64,000 bases of DNA from the human T2T-CHM13v2.0 reference genome, Homo sapiens, in the NCBI RefSeq assembly GCF_009914755.1, contig NC_060928.1. The stretch is one strand, 5' to 3'. The position numbers and the translations under genes are program-made. Positions 28,986 through 43,010 of the stretch are shown here, in pieces. The notes under the pieces are model-generated. The model saw only the letters and a list, made by a program, of their open reading frames with translations. It had not been told where the DNA came from and did not search any database. How positions within the stretch are numbered: the first letter of the stretch is position 1; each line of letters begins with the position of its first letter.

Positions 28986-31126
28986 TTGACTAGGAACTGT
29001 GACCCTTTATTCTGTGCTTCAGTTTGATTTCTTATGTATATGTGCAAAAGGATAAGAATATATATGCACATACATTACTGTTAAATATATCCATTATTTA
29101 TAAAAGACTAGATTTCTTTCAATCTATTTTGTGTCACGGTACAAGTGGAATGGTATTTAATACTTCAGCATTTTCCCTTCTTTTTCAGAGGGTTACAAAG
29201 CAGTGCTGTTTCAAACTATACTGATAAATCGAAACAATCGCTACAAAATCTGAGAAGTGTCCTGAATGGAAGAAGGAGTTCATTGTTGTGCTTTTTGACT
29301 TCAGATTCCATTTGAAATAACATGAGAAAAGGATTTTAGTTTTCCAGTTGACCCCAGATATTTGGTTGGTTTGATCAGGCTTTACAGATTTTTATTTTTA
29401 GCTGTTTAGCTTCATTGAATCTAAGTTTCCAGATTTTTCTGAAGTGTTCTCTGTAGCTTCTTTCTTCATTATATTTCAGTATCAAGTGAAAGAGCAAGGC
29501 CACGGCAGAATCTATAGGCTTCTTTGCCTCTTTGTAAATAGGGAAATTACATTATGAAATGCAGTCTGCCTGCCTCATTCTTTGTATTTTTTCTGTCCCT
29601 GATGGTTGTTTTCAAAGGCCATGAATACTTCCACTGCAAATAATTGTTGCCACTTCCCCCAACTCTTCCACAGACATACAGACACTAAAACATGCAGACA
29701 TGGATACCCATAGGCATGCACACTCAAGAAGGATGCACACACCCCCTCCTCCAACTACTAACAAAATATGGAAAATCAATACTTGACTTTTTCAAACCAT
29801 CAAGACATGTTGGCTTCTCTTTCTACTAGCTGATTCTTAACATGTAATTCCATATTTGGAATTAGAAGAGCTAAATAGCCCATTCTGTTATTCCCAGGTA
29901 AAGGGAAACTGAAGAACCTCTCAGGGGATTATTATAGGGTAAAACATCCAAACAAATAAATGACTTTCTCTTCCACAGTTGGGTTGAGTTGAGGAGTTAT
30001 TCCTTTCTTTTATCATACCAGATCATGGGTCATTTGAATTAAAACAAGAATGTTAGTTCCCTTTGGGGCCTTGGAATTGTTATTGACCTTCCTCTTCTTC
30101 TCTTTCCATGTTAGGTTTGTTTGGCTCTTCAGATGCCTAAGAATCTTTCTTTATAATTTTCAGACAAACAGATCAAAGCCTCTGGAATCAATGAGACTGT
30201 CAGGAAGAAGGATTAAGGAATTCTAAAACTGGCGTAATATTATTTTTAGTAGTAGCATATAGTTATTTTGAAAACCCTGAGTATTACAAGGCTGTCATAT
30301 TGGTATATTGTAAGGATATTTTTATGGTGTGACATGGTTGATTTTTTTTTTAAGTGGGAAAGCACTTACTATACAGAATAGAGAAAACTCACTCTCACTC
30401 TTGCTTTCTCTATACATGCATGTGTGTTTATATAAATATATATTTCACTGCATTAATTTCAGGTTGCCAACAAAGTTTGATGCATTTGCATGTTTTAATT
30501 AGTTTATTGTTTTATATATTTGTATATAAGTTATACAAAATACATATATTAATATATTTAAGTGTAATTTAAGAATTTCACATTATTTATATATTATATA
30601 TGTTATTTTATAGCAATAGAAATCCCTTAGATGCCATTATTATAAAACCAATATTACTGATTGCTCTTTATGGAACTTTTAGTAAGTTGTCCCTGAAGAA
30701 ATCCAGTTAACTGATTAATTAATGTCTGTCCATCCACCCATTCACTTATAGTAAGCTTTTATTGAGCATCTACTATCTATCTAGTGTTATGAAAAGAGCT
30801 AAAGATGCAAAAAAAAATGACCCATTTTTTTTCCCAAGTGAGTCACGGTTCAGTGGGTTAGATAAATACACAATGCCTTCCCATCACACTATAATAAGAA
30901 CAATAATCAAAATATATGTGGGGATACACAGAATGGCTTTTCAGTTAACTCAACCTTGTTTTCTTGGATATTTAGTATTTAACTTATATTATTGCCTTTG
31001 TTTAAAATATCAAGGTCTGCCTCAATGAAAATGTTTCCCCTTGGGAATTGTTATTCTAAAGCCTCAAAAATGTATTCATTTTATAATTGTGTCTAATCAC
31101 AGCTTTAGCTAAAATGTTGTTAGTGT

Positions 31127-31545
31127 TGAAACAAGCCCAATTGTCCCATAAAACTAATACTTACAGTTCTTTGAATAAATACAGAAATTGCCCCTCCCTC
31201 ATCTTAAAACTTGAAACTTACATTTTTCTCATCTGAGTTCCTCAGGAAACAGACCCTCACACAGTGAAATGAAATTCATCAGATCACCACTTCCATGTCA
31301 GATACCACATACATCATGATTGCTTCCTCACTCCTCCTTAATTCCTGTTTTCCTGCATTTCCTGCTATAGAAAGCCTCCAGTATTAATTGGGCAGGCAGA
31401 AGAATTTGAGACTTTATCTCCCATTCTCCTCAGCTGCAGCACCTGATTAAAGCCTTCTTCCTTGGCAATACTTGTTGTCTCAGTAATTGGCTTTCTGTGT
31501 AGTGAGCAGCAGGACCTAGACCAAACTCCTGGCATTTTGGTACCA
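31127..31545 (+). mobile_element. LOR1 solo LTR (ERV1)
   Basis: TGAAACAAGCCCAATTGTCCCATA...GCTGCAGCACCTGATTAAAGCCTTCTTCC...GGACCTAGACC...TTGGTACCA. Confidence 0.85.
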
Positions 31546-31996
31546 TTATGAATTAAGAGAACAGAGATTTTGATCTGCTGTATAGTCTTGAAAATGACTG
31601 AAATGTGGCTTAATGAAATAGTCTTTTTCTGTAGCATTGATCTCTTCAGAAAATATGGTGTGATAAGAGTTTGAAGGAAACAGCCAGCTGGTCATATGTT
31701 ATAATTCAGCAATGACTGTAGTTTCAGGAGAAGACAGTTGATTCACCAATTAGGCAAGTAACAAAAGAGCATAACTTTAAACAAACTTTTTGACATAAAA
31801 ACATTACTATGCTCATCCTGAGGACATGTTCTAAAAATTGTATTATTTTTGAAATTTACATTTTCACTACAATACTATAATATTATAAATATATTTCAAG
31901 TTTAAACTGATGTTCTAAAAATAAAAGATAAACTATTTTAGAGAGCTGGTCTTTCAAGATTGGCATCTACATTACCCTGATTCTCAATTATAATGC

Positions 31997-32262
31997 TGAT
32001 GATCCGCTACTTGGAATGGTTTGACTTAGAATTTTTGACTTTACAATGATATGAAAGTGATATGTGTTCAGTAGAAACCACACTTTAAATTTTGAATTCT
32101 GATCTTTTCCTAGGCTAGTGATATGCAGTGCAATACTCTCTTGTGATGTTGGGCAGTGGTAGCCAGCCACAGCTCCCAATCAGCCATGCAATCATGACAG
32201 TAAACAGCCAATACTGTACTCTACAGTGTACTGTAATCAATAAATTACCTGAGATACCCACC
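31997..32262. mobile_element. MER47-like Tigger MITE (partial)
   Basis: GACTTAGAATTTTTGACTTTACAATG...CAGTAGAAACC...CACAGCTCCCAATCAGCCA. Confidence 0.75.
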
Positions 32263-33931
32263 ATCAACTTGAATATATTATGTAAATATTAGCTACATCT
32301 GTTTTGTTAGTGCAAAGCAACTGATGATTGTTCTATCGACTATAGAGAAAACTAGCAATCTTTGTATCTCTTCCATTTAAATCAATAGTTGAATTCATAA
32401 ATGTCACACATTTTATACAAAATATAAGATTAAGGTAATGTATATATACTAAAAATATTAGTTTTAAATGCTATTCCTTTGTATTCCTAACATGAATTTG
32501 TGTCTTTGAAGCCATTAATCTTACATATTTTGGTCAGGGATTCAGAAAGGAAAAGGCACTTTGATGAAAATAGCAATTAAGGATGGCCTCTAATAGAATA
32601 GAATGATCATTATCCAGAGAAAAAGCAAGGTCTCTAAAGACTTTTATAGTAATATCCCATTGCATTCACTATTTCAAAATTTTACCCACAACAGAGTCTT
32701 TTTCTGTCATTTCAATATTTATATGCATTCCTTCAAACAAAATATTTTGGATTTCCACTTATAGATAAATAAGTCTGTGCACAAGCTAAAATTTCTAATA
32801 TAAAAATGTTAGTACCTGAAGTGCAGGGGTTCATATATAAAGAGAATCATAAATAAAGAAGTAAGATCTCTCTGAGTCACCAGAATCAAACTATGTTTCA
32901 TTCTCTGGGTCACATTTATCCTCCAGGTATTGAGAAGTTTCTTCTTCTAAAAACAATCTGCTCTGTATTTTTCTATGAGAATGTCACTACCACAAGTAGC
33001 CTTGAACTCATTTTTATCTGAGAAAATAACTCTTATACACTTCTTAAATTTTTAAAGAATATTTATTATGTCAAAAACAGAATAGGGATTTTTTATGTGC
33101 TTGTTGCTTCAGAAAAAAGTAGTGATTGTATTTCTTCAAAGTTTCATCAAGTCACAATCATTATGATCCTTGTCACCAGTGCCAAAACAAAGAGAAGAGC
33201 AATATAATTTTCCTGTAATATTATGTCCCTGGAATCCAGTCCATAAAATTGAAGCCAAAGCAGATTTCTTTTATTAGATTGCTAGATAACTGTATAAGCC
33301 ACTGCATTTATAGTTACGGGAAATTTGCCTTATAAAGCAAGCTAACTGGCAGCAACACAAAAATGTAGGTAATTTTCTTGGCAAAAATTGTCATCTAAAT
33401 TTCATGGTTTATTCTCAGTATACAAATAAACTTTTATAAAATAAAATTCTTTAAAATTTAGACTTGTTCCCTCACTGACTGTGTCTGTTCAAAACATAAT
33501 GGTCTATGCCATTTTCAGAGGCTTTGCTGAGTACCTAGCAAACATTACTAACATTTGCATTAATCATGATGTTGGGCAAGAAATAAAAATGATCATGAGG
33601 TTTATCTTGGTAGCCATTTTAATTTTTCAAATATTGTCAAGTCTAAAAGCCATTAAAAACAGCTGGTTCATATCAATCTAGTGTGTGAGCACCAAATACA
33701 GTTCTATCTAAAACTGCTAGTGAAGGTTAAGATGAACTAAGCTTAGACTTAATAACTAAACACAAACAATAGCTTTAATTCTGGAATACTTTGTTATGAA
33801 AAAAGATAATAGTATATACAAGTCACTGAAGGTTTTTGACATCTTGAAAAATGTTTGGTAAACACCTTACAATACTGAAGACCCGTTTCAAATTTTTGTT
33901 GATTTTTATTAAACTCAGAGATTTAAAATTA

Positions 33932-34268
<337 letters not shown>

Positions 34269-36299
34269 ATTTGTGGGTTTTTGTTTAAGGTATTTTCACC
34301 AGATACAGAGAGGATGTATTCTCTATAGGATGATTTTTGACTCAAAACAAAATAATTATACTATTTTGATTCGACTTATGTTTGAAATTTAGAGTATATA
34401 CTACTCATTTCAAAATTATGTGTATATAGTATTTTATGTAAATGCTTATTGAATAATTGATGGACAAGATTTTAAAAATCATACATAGAAAATGAAAAAG
34501 TGAATTTCAAATAATTTTTCATTTAAGATAAAAACTTAAATTCCCAAAGAGCACTACATTTATATAGTAAATCTGACATTTGAGTCTACAATGTTATTAT
34601 TTTTTAATCCTTTAAATTTATGAAACTGTAACCTATTTGGGGAGGTATCATTCATAAGCCACATAGCTAAATAATGCTGCTTGCTTTCTATAATAAACAA
34701 CCATCATATCAACTCATTAAGCTATACAATTTGGAGTAACTATTTTTCAGATTCTGAATTTACCACTTATAAGCTTCCTGGTTTTTGAAAAATTACTGAA
34801 CAATCTATAAAGCAGGGCTAGTTTACAGAGATGCTATTAGCACCTTGTGGAATTTCAAAGACTTTATAGCTAATAATACTTTTTTACAAATGTTTAGCAT
34901 AGTTAATAACTGGCACCAGAATTCTCTTTCTGAAGGAAGGCTTCCCAAAGAAAAATATTTTCACAGTCCAACTGATTGCAGAATGTAGAATGAAAGGGAA
35001 GAATAAAGTAATTGTTAAATTGTTATATATAACAATATGCAAAGAATTGTGTTTAAGAAAAAAAAGGAAACAACATTTAAAAAAGTTACTGTAAACAGGT
35101 ATATAAAATTTTTAATACTGATAAAATTGTGGGCATGTATATTTGGTAATGGCTGAAGATATTTTTAAGCATAGTGATTTGAATATTTAACTTTAATATG
35201 TTTAATATATTAAATGTAACATTCAATTTCAATTATGCTTTTGAGCTGTAACTCCCTTGTTCTCCATAAACCTTTAGTAAAATCTTCCATAAAAACATAC
35301 ACAATGACTTGTGAGTCATCCCCAGCCATGCTCCCATCCATACAAATCAAGAAAAGGAGTTCACTGGGTAATGCAGGTACAGACTAGCAACATTTCCATT
35401 AGTAAGGAAAAAAAAAAAAATCACTGGAAGCTGTAACTCAGCACCAGAAGACGCTAAGAAGCTTTTGCTGGTAGTGAAATCAGTAATGAATAACACAGAT
35501 CTTCTGCCCTACAAGTTTTCAACAAGTAAAGAAATAGATTCCGTCATCAGATAAAAGGAAATTAAACTACTGGCTCTGCTGTATATATTTTATAGATGGA
35601 TTAGCTGAACTGGAGAACTTGCCTCGTTCCATAGCCGGAATGTCGCTTCCTACTGCCTTTTGTCTGCTCACACCTGGATGCCTACCTCTTCACGGACCCA
35701 CACATTCCCCTGGAAGTTTTTGTTTCTGAGGGCAGAGAAGGAATGCGTCCTCAGGACAGGACATTTCCAAAGGGAGAGCCTAGATGGGGCCTTCCTTACA
35801 TGCTTAATTCCTTCTTTCTGGTCATGCTCTTGAGAGAGAATTATTATTTTTTTGTTTAGGGAGAGACTACAAGTTCTCTAGGAAATCTTCTCATGAAAAC
35901 ATATTGTCAAGAGGACTAGAGTTTGCCATAATATTACTGAAATAGTTGCTTTCTTTACCCATGGGAGCTGACAGTCAAGGCTCCGGTGTCCAGACGTGTA
36001 GCTATCAGAGAAGGGAACAGCTAGCTTCTCATGTCACCACTTGTACTTAGTGTTTTCTTCTGGGTCCACTTGTTAGTGTTCGGGAAAATGCCTGTTCCCC
36101 ATTTCCCACATATTTATAGTAGGAAGGAAATTCCCACTCTGCAGGAATAACAGGGCAGGGAAATTTGTACACTGTTTTCCCTAGGGAAGATTGAGGCGAT
36201 TGAGAAGGAAACTAGTCATGGGTTTCTTTTGTCTCTTTCTTTCAGAGAATCCTGTGCTCAGGAGGCAGCCATTTTCTGCTTATCCATGTGTCATATTTT

Positions 36300-36730
36300 C
36301 CAGGTGGACTAGAAACCTTCTGTTTGCCCTCTAGTCCCACTGTCTACTTTCTTTTAGCCTGGCATCCATCCCAGAATGCTGACTTGGTTGAAATATAAGT
36401 GACTTTTTTTTTCCCCCTCTGGCTTCTGGGTGTACATGACCAATAGGGAGTCCTGGCAGAAGATCCAATAGAAGCAGAATATTGAGTTCAGGTTGTGTAT
36501 TGCTCTGGTTTGCCTCCCTGCAGGGATGCCCACCTCGTCTCAACATGGCCCTCCCTGCATGACTTTCTCCTTCTGTGTTTTATAACTGCTTTGTGCCTCA
36601 GGGATTGAAATAGCTCTCCTGTAACCAGTCCATGGGTCTTTGGCATTCCTATGCCTTGTCTATACATTTCTAAATAGCTCCTTTATTTAAACTTACTTAC
36701 ATGACTCTAATTTCTTTCTGAGACCATAGC
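36300..36730 (+). mobile_element. Old ERVL LTR (LTR40-like)
   Basis: CCCTCTGGCTTCTGGGTGTACATGACCAATAGGGAGTCCTGGCAGAAGATC...CCTCCCTGCAGG. Confidence 0.55.
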
Positions 36731-37954
36731 TTAGACCCAGAGTATTTTGGGGTGGTAAGCTTAATTCAGAGAAATTTTAGAAGTCAATGGTGATGCTAAT
36801 TCCAACATTCATTCCCTAGTCTACCTGTACTCATAATAAAGTTGATAATAGATCTCCATTTCTCTTACATGAATATCTACTTTCAGGACTGGTTCAGAGT
36901 GCAAAAGAAGAGAAGGGCATTATTTCTGTCTTTATAAAACTCCAATGTCTTGGTGCGTGGCCAGTAACCTTGAGGAATGGTAAAGTCCTGGCATTTGAGG
37001 CCCAAAAGAATATGTGGATATGGAATATGAGGCTTCTTCTGTGGCCAAGGGAAGGGTTTTTAAGATTCAGGCTTCAATGCTTTTGTTGATGTGGACTTGG
37101 CCATTTTTTTCCCCTTGGCAGTTTGCAGCAGTTTATATTGAACTTGTACAGCTGTATATATTTTTTAAATTGGCATGATCTTCAGTAAGACACCTTGGTC
37201 TTAGTATGTAGACTGCTGTGGTTAACCTTGAGCTACACAGAGATACACATGGCCAAGACAAGGTTTAAATCACAGTCAAGTCTCAACTCAGTGCTTCAGC
37301 ATACAGACTATTTGGGCATTGTGGGGTAGAATATATATTTGGTTCTCTCTGCAGGGTATTTCTCAGTTCTTTAGCTGTCTAGGATCCTAAAGATCAAAAG
37401 GCAGCTCTTCAGTATAGAATACTGAATATTATTAGAGTATGAAATGTTATTAGAAACTGGCCTTTACATTGTTAAGTTATAGGCATTAGAAGATAGATTA
37501 GCTGGCACAGGTTTCTCAGTCTTCCTTGGATCTGCTTAAAGGGCAAGGAGAAGGTGATCTGGGCTCCTTTCGTTCTGTGACTGATCCTCAGGCTTATGGC
37601 CACTCTGCTCTCCATTCTCTATCAATCTGATGTTTACTCTCATTTACTAATAATAAAATCTATGACCAAAGTTTGGGATTTTGGAGATTTTGATTGCAGC
37701 TTCACTCACGAAAGTCGGGTTCATCTCATGAATAAACAAATAAGGAATAGAAAGCTTTCTAGATAAGAAGTATTGCATTTTCTTGGGGTGAGAGTACCAT
37801 GAAAATATCATTAACCCAAGGCCAAAAAGTAACTGAAAAAGGCTTAAGGCTGCTAGAATCCGTTTAGGGAAGAATCAAATCGGTTTTGTACATATGCTTT
37901 GGTTTATTGTCACAAGAAAAGAAAGGAGAAAAAGAAAAAGAAAAACAAGGCAAT

Positions 37955-38385
37955 TCCATTGGAATTGTTTTATTTATCAAGTACATACTATGCTACACTG
38001 TGGGCCACCAGTAGCCAAAAAGACAACTCCTGTTCTCCTGCCTTAGGTTCTAGTAAAGAGACAGGTAACATATATATTTTAAACTTAAAGGCCTATATAA
38101 TAGAATATCTGAGATTAATATACTTTATAAAGAAAAATAAAGCAGAAAAGGATGAAGGAAAACTGAGAAGCCTGTGCTATTTTAGCAAAAGATAACAAAA
38201 AAACCAAAAAGCAACCATTCTGGAAATGTAGCTTTGAGGAGATAATTAAATGAAGACAATAGGCTAGGCATACAAATATCTCCAGGGACACAATTCAGGT
38301 AAAGGGAACAGCAAGTGCAAAGATCCTAAGACAGGAATAAATTTGTTTTGGCCAAGGTACAGAAAAAGATGCAGGAAGTGTATGT
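37955..38385 (-). mobile_element. L2 fragment
   Basis: TTTATCAAGTACATACTATG...GGTAAAGGGAACAGCAAGTGCAAAGATCCTAAGACAGGAA. Confidence 0.7.
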
Positions 38386-39075
38386 GTGGAGGATTGGAAG
38401 GTGATGAGGCACCAGCACAGCCAAATAAGGCTTTCTACGTAATGGAATGCCTGTCTGGCTGCATCTGCCCTACCCAAGTTGCTAGTGGGGGAGGATGCTG
38501 AGGCTCCCTCCTCAGGCAGTCCCATTATGGATCAGCCTCTTGACTGTGCTAGTCACAAGTAAGTGGCTATGAGCCAGATAGCTCAAAGACATCAAAGACT
38601 CACTGTCATTAAAGCACCAAAACAATCTATCTTGGTCTCACCTGGAAGTTCAACCTCCCAGCATATTGCTATGGTCTCCAAATATTTCTGTATTTCTTAA
38701 AATTTCCTCATTAGTCAAAGGACTAATGAGGAGAAATATATAAAACCTGTATCTTCCTCTCCAACTTCTGAACCAGCAAAAAAATAGGCACTGAAGTCAG
38801 AGAGGTGAAGGACAATCCATCTGCTTTGTGACTGATGAAGCTAAATTGGAGAGAAGTTTACCTGGTCTGTGCCAATAATCAGTGTTTCTAATATTTTCCC
38901 CCTTGGATTAAATTTACCAGCCCAGAATTGTAGATTTTAGAGCCAGCTTCCCTATGGGGTAAAGCCATACCTGGTAAGCTTACAACATGGAGGAGCAGGC
39001 AACATGAGTGTTCTAAAGACAGGTCCCTTGGGAAGGAGAACCTGTCCCCAAACCACTGAGACTCCCGGATCCCTT

Positions 39076-39079
<4 letters not shown>

Positions 39080-39132
<53 letters not shown>
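39080..39132. repeat. (TG)n microsatellite
   Basis: About 23 perfect TG units plus a degenerate tail. Confidence 0.95.
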
Positions 39133-39134
<2 letters not shown>

Positions 39135-39140
39135 AAAATA

Positions 39141-40409
39141 TCAGGTTGGTGCAAAAGTAATTGCGGTTTTGGATGTGAATTTTAAGTCATTATAACTAGG
39201 CTCAAACACACCTTTATTAATCAAAATAGGACCCACTGCAATCAACACATTTTTCCAATGAGAAATAAGTTTGTTTATTCCTGTAGTGTAAAAATCCATG
39301 ATTCAGGATTTGATGAACTCATGGAAAGCATTTTCTGCATTCTGCTGGTTGTGGAAGTATTTTCCCCACCAAAAGTTGTCAAGATGCTTGAAGAAGTGCT
39401 AGTTGGTTGGCGAGAGGTCAGGTGAATATGGTGGATGAGGCAAAACTTCGTAGCCCAATTCATTCAGCTTTTGATGTGTTGGTTGTGTGACATATAACTG
39501 TGTGTTGTCGAGAAGAATTGGGCCCTTTCCATTGACGAATGCTGGCTGCAGGCATTGCAGCGTTGGGTGCATCTCATTGATTTGCTGAGCATACTTCTCA
39601 GATATAACGGTTTTGCCAGTATTCAGAAAGCTGTAGTGGATCAGACCAGCAGCAGACCACAAAACAGTGACCATGGCCTTTTTTTTTTTTTTTGGTGCAA
39701 GTTTTTCTTTGGAAGTGGTTTAGACCTTCTTCTCAGTCCAGCCACTGAGCTGGTCATTGCTGGTTGTCATATAAAATCCACTTTTTGTTGCATATCACAA
39801 TCTGATTGAGAAATGGTTTGTTGTTGTTGTGTAGAATAAGAGAAGATGACCCTTCAAAATGATGATTATTTTTATTTTTGCTCAGCTCATGAGGCACCTG
39901 CTTATTGCACTTTTTCACCTTTCCAGTTAGCTTCAAATGCCAAATGACCATAGAAAGGTCAATATTGAGATATTTAGCAACTTCCTGTGTAGGTGTAAGA
40001 GGATCAGCTTCAGCGATTTCTCTCAATTGGTTGTTGTCAACTTCTGATGGCCAGCCACTATGCTTCTCACTTTCAGGGCTCTTGTCTCCTTTGTAAAACT
40101 TCTTGAACTGCCACTGCACTGTATGTACATTAGCAGTTCCTGGGCCAAATGTGTTGTTGATGTTGCGAGTTGTCTCCACTGCTTTACGACCCGTGTTGAA
40201 CTCAAATAAGAATATCACTTGAATTTGCTTTTTGTCTAACATTATCTCCATAGACTAAAATAAACAGCAATAAGTCATTAGCAAAAAAAACAAAGTGAGA
40301 AATGTGCATTAAAATAATGTATAACATAATGACATTTAAGAATGTATTGCAATATCAAATGGCAAATTTCAACAATGCAAAAACCGCAATTACATTTGCA
40401 CCAACCTAA
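39141..40409 (-). mobile_element. Full-length Hsmar1 mariner DNA transposon
   Basis: 30-bp ITRs TCAGGTTGGTGCAAAAGTAATTGCGGTTTT (39141-39170) and AAAACCGCAATTACATTTGCACCAACCTAA (40380-40409); TA on the left; ~1.27 kb; transposase ORF fragments inside. Confidence 0.97.
39217..40251 (-). pseudogene. Hsmar1 transposase pseudogene
   Basis: MEIMLDKKQIQVIFLFEF...FGPGTAN...VPHEL...KWILYDN (165 aa, open), then WSAAGLIHYSFL...HPPYSPDLSPT and C-terminal CVDCSGSYFD*; first catalytic D replaced by N (ICNKKW); premature stops. Confidence 0.95.
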
Positions 40410-42109
40410 TCCATACTACTTCTTTATAGGAAAGGAGACAGTGAAGTGTATAGAAGGGGTCAAAGTTGTTCTATTAAAAATTGAGAGATATATGAGGACA
40501 TGGGAGCTGAGTCCCCATTAACAACATATACACTATCAACCTGACCTAGTCCTCCAGAATCCTGGCAAAGAATCTGGGGGAATATGAGGCGTCCCAACCC
40601 CTTGAATGGTGTTCAAGTCAATTTCATTTAGATCTCAGAGGGAAGGATCCCCTACTTGATATCTGCCATTACATTTGTAAGGTAATGTTTCCTTTTTAAG
40701 GAATTCTTTAACACCAGTTAGTTTTTGCCAGATTGGATCAAAGTACCTTGGACAATAAAATTATAAACTCGACTTAGGGTTACAACCATAATTATATCCT
40801 TCACATACTTCATTATTACTGGGTATCTGCATTTCTCTCAATCTGTCATTACGGATTATGTTAGTCTTTCATAAGCAATAATACCAAATGGACACATGAA
40901 GCACTTACTGTGAAAATAATTGTTCAATGAAATGATAGTTTGATAGAGAATATCTCTATCCTAACTCCAAATAGCCCTGTTTTTACAATTAACACATTAT
41001 CACCACACGTTTTAATAGCAGGCCATAATCTGAGTAAAATTTAGCATGTCGACCTCTGTCATGAGGAGTGTTTCAAATATAATGTCTAATAACTAGGTCA
41101 AGATGCAGTTTCAACATTGAAGAAAATACGTTTCTAAGTGCCAAGTGATCAATATGTGTTTATGTATGCATGTATGTAATATTGTAGCAACTTGGGTTTC
41201 ATTTTGTTTTAAATATTCTGAAATTACATATCTATATTTAAAAACATTCCTCTCCCATCAGATGAAATTATCTACAAGACTGCCTCAAATTAGAACAGAA
41301 GCAGATGTAATGGGATAGCTCTTGTCTCTAAAACTGCTGACAATGAGAATTAATCTCAAAGATTTCTTTCTGTCTCTCTTTATGCAAAAGTGAGTATAAG
41401 CATTTGCCATCAAATGCACACACACACGCTGTTGGCCCCAGTGCATGCGGTGTGTGTCATTGAGCAGATCCATTTCCGGCACCTGTGTCATGTCAAACTG
41501 TTTACCGTGAGAGCTGTGTGTGTGACAGCTTCTGGGAGGGGGCAAGCAAGTACAGGGAACTGTTAACAGCATGCTCTTCTTGCCTGCCCATTTACCTCCT
41601 ATCCACTGAAATGTCTTAAAGTGTAGCTGGAGCCAAATTGTCATGAAGAATGACACACGAGTTTTTCCACTTTCAAGGCAAGCCTGGGAAATTGAATTTT
41701 AGAGGAAATGAGCAAAGAGAGAAAAGCATACAGGAAGCATATGAGATGGCTGTGTATACTGTGCTCCACTTCATCCAGCAGCCCCCCTCTCTTTCTGAGC
41801 ACCCAACCACTCAGAAAGGTTTGTTTTTGGAGGAATGGCCCCACCATTGGCATCTATGCTTTTGTTTTAATTGCAGAGCCCATGTAATTTTGTGTGGAGA
41901 TTTAGTCATTATAATTGGAGCTAGTGATGATTGCTAATGAGGCAAAACTCAAGAAAAAGCCCAGATAATTTGTGCTGTATATCAGATTCTACTTCCAAAC
42001 AGCTGTCTCATTTTGCTCCATTCATATTGCCAATTGTCAGGAGGTGCTTACGTTATATCATGTATACCAGATTTGTTCATTTTCCAAACATTGCCCTCTC
42101 TTTTCCCTC

Positions 42110-43010
42110 TTATTTTAAATAAAATTTCAAACACCCAGAAAGTAATACAACAAATGTTTATTAATCTTGCTTTCCTGATTTAATAAATTGATGTTTTGCC
42201 ATATATTTATGAGATCTGTTTTTAAATAAAAGGCCACAGATAAAAGTTGAATCTCTTTGTACCCTTTACTAATCCTCCCTGTCTCCCCAGATATAATTAT
42301 TGTCCTCAAATTGGCATCTTTGCTATCCTCTGTTTATATTTGTATTACATATGCTAGGTATTCAAAAACTCTAAATAACATTGCATTGGTGAGTTTTTTA
42401 ATTTCATAAATTTCATCACACTATTCATACATTTTTTTAACTGCCCTTTTTTTCACTTAACACTATGTATATTAAAATTTTATCCTTGCTGATTAATGTT
42501 GCTCTTATTGATTTTTGCTGTTATATAATATCCTACCATATGAATATAATGCAATTTATTTGTTCATTTTCTGAATAAACACTAAGACTTTTTCCATTAT
42601 AAGCAATGCTGAATGAAGATTTGTGCATAACTCCTTGTAAATACATCTGTGAGTTTCCATAGAACACTTAACTGGAGATGGAATTATTCCATTACAGGTT
42701 GGCTGTTTCTTCAGATTTATTAGATAATATGAAATTGTTCTCCAAATAGTGGTACCAATGTATACTCTCACCAGAGACTATGAATATTTGCCTGAGAAGT
42801 TGTTTTCTCAGACACTTAATTTTTTATCTTTGATGAAATAATATATGATTTTATTGCAGTTTTTAGTTACTTGACTAATTTCTAGTGAGAGTGAGTATTT
42901 TTACATGTTTATTAGCTATTCTTTGAGTTGTCTGTCCATGTCATTTACATATTTTTCTATCAAATTATTTGCTCTTGTCATTGGATAATAGGAATTCTTC
43001 ATGTACTCTC
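42110..43010 (-). mobile_element. Old L1M (L1ME-like) 3' fragment
   Basis: Antisense L1 motifs AAATTGTTCTCCAAATAGTGGTACCAATGTATACTCTCACCAG and TTTACATGTTTATTAGCTATTC. Confidence 0.75.

Noticed and set aside
29188-29540. Coding exon after the strong acceptor at 29188
   Set aside because: The frames I read close within ~45 codons and no peptide is recognisable; retained only as a possible non-coding splice site
39217-40251. SETMAR exon 3 or an active transposase
   Set aside because: Both ITRs are present, there are stops and a catalytic D-to-N change, and no SET-domain exon is seen; this is an ordinary Hsmar1 fossil
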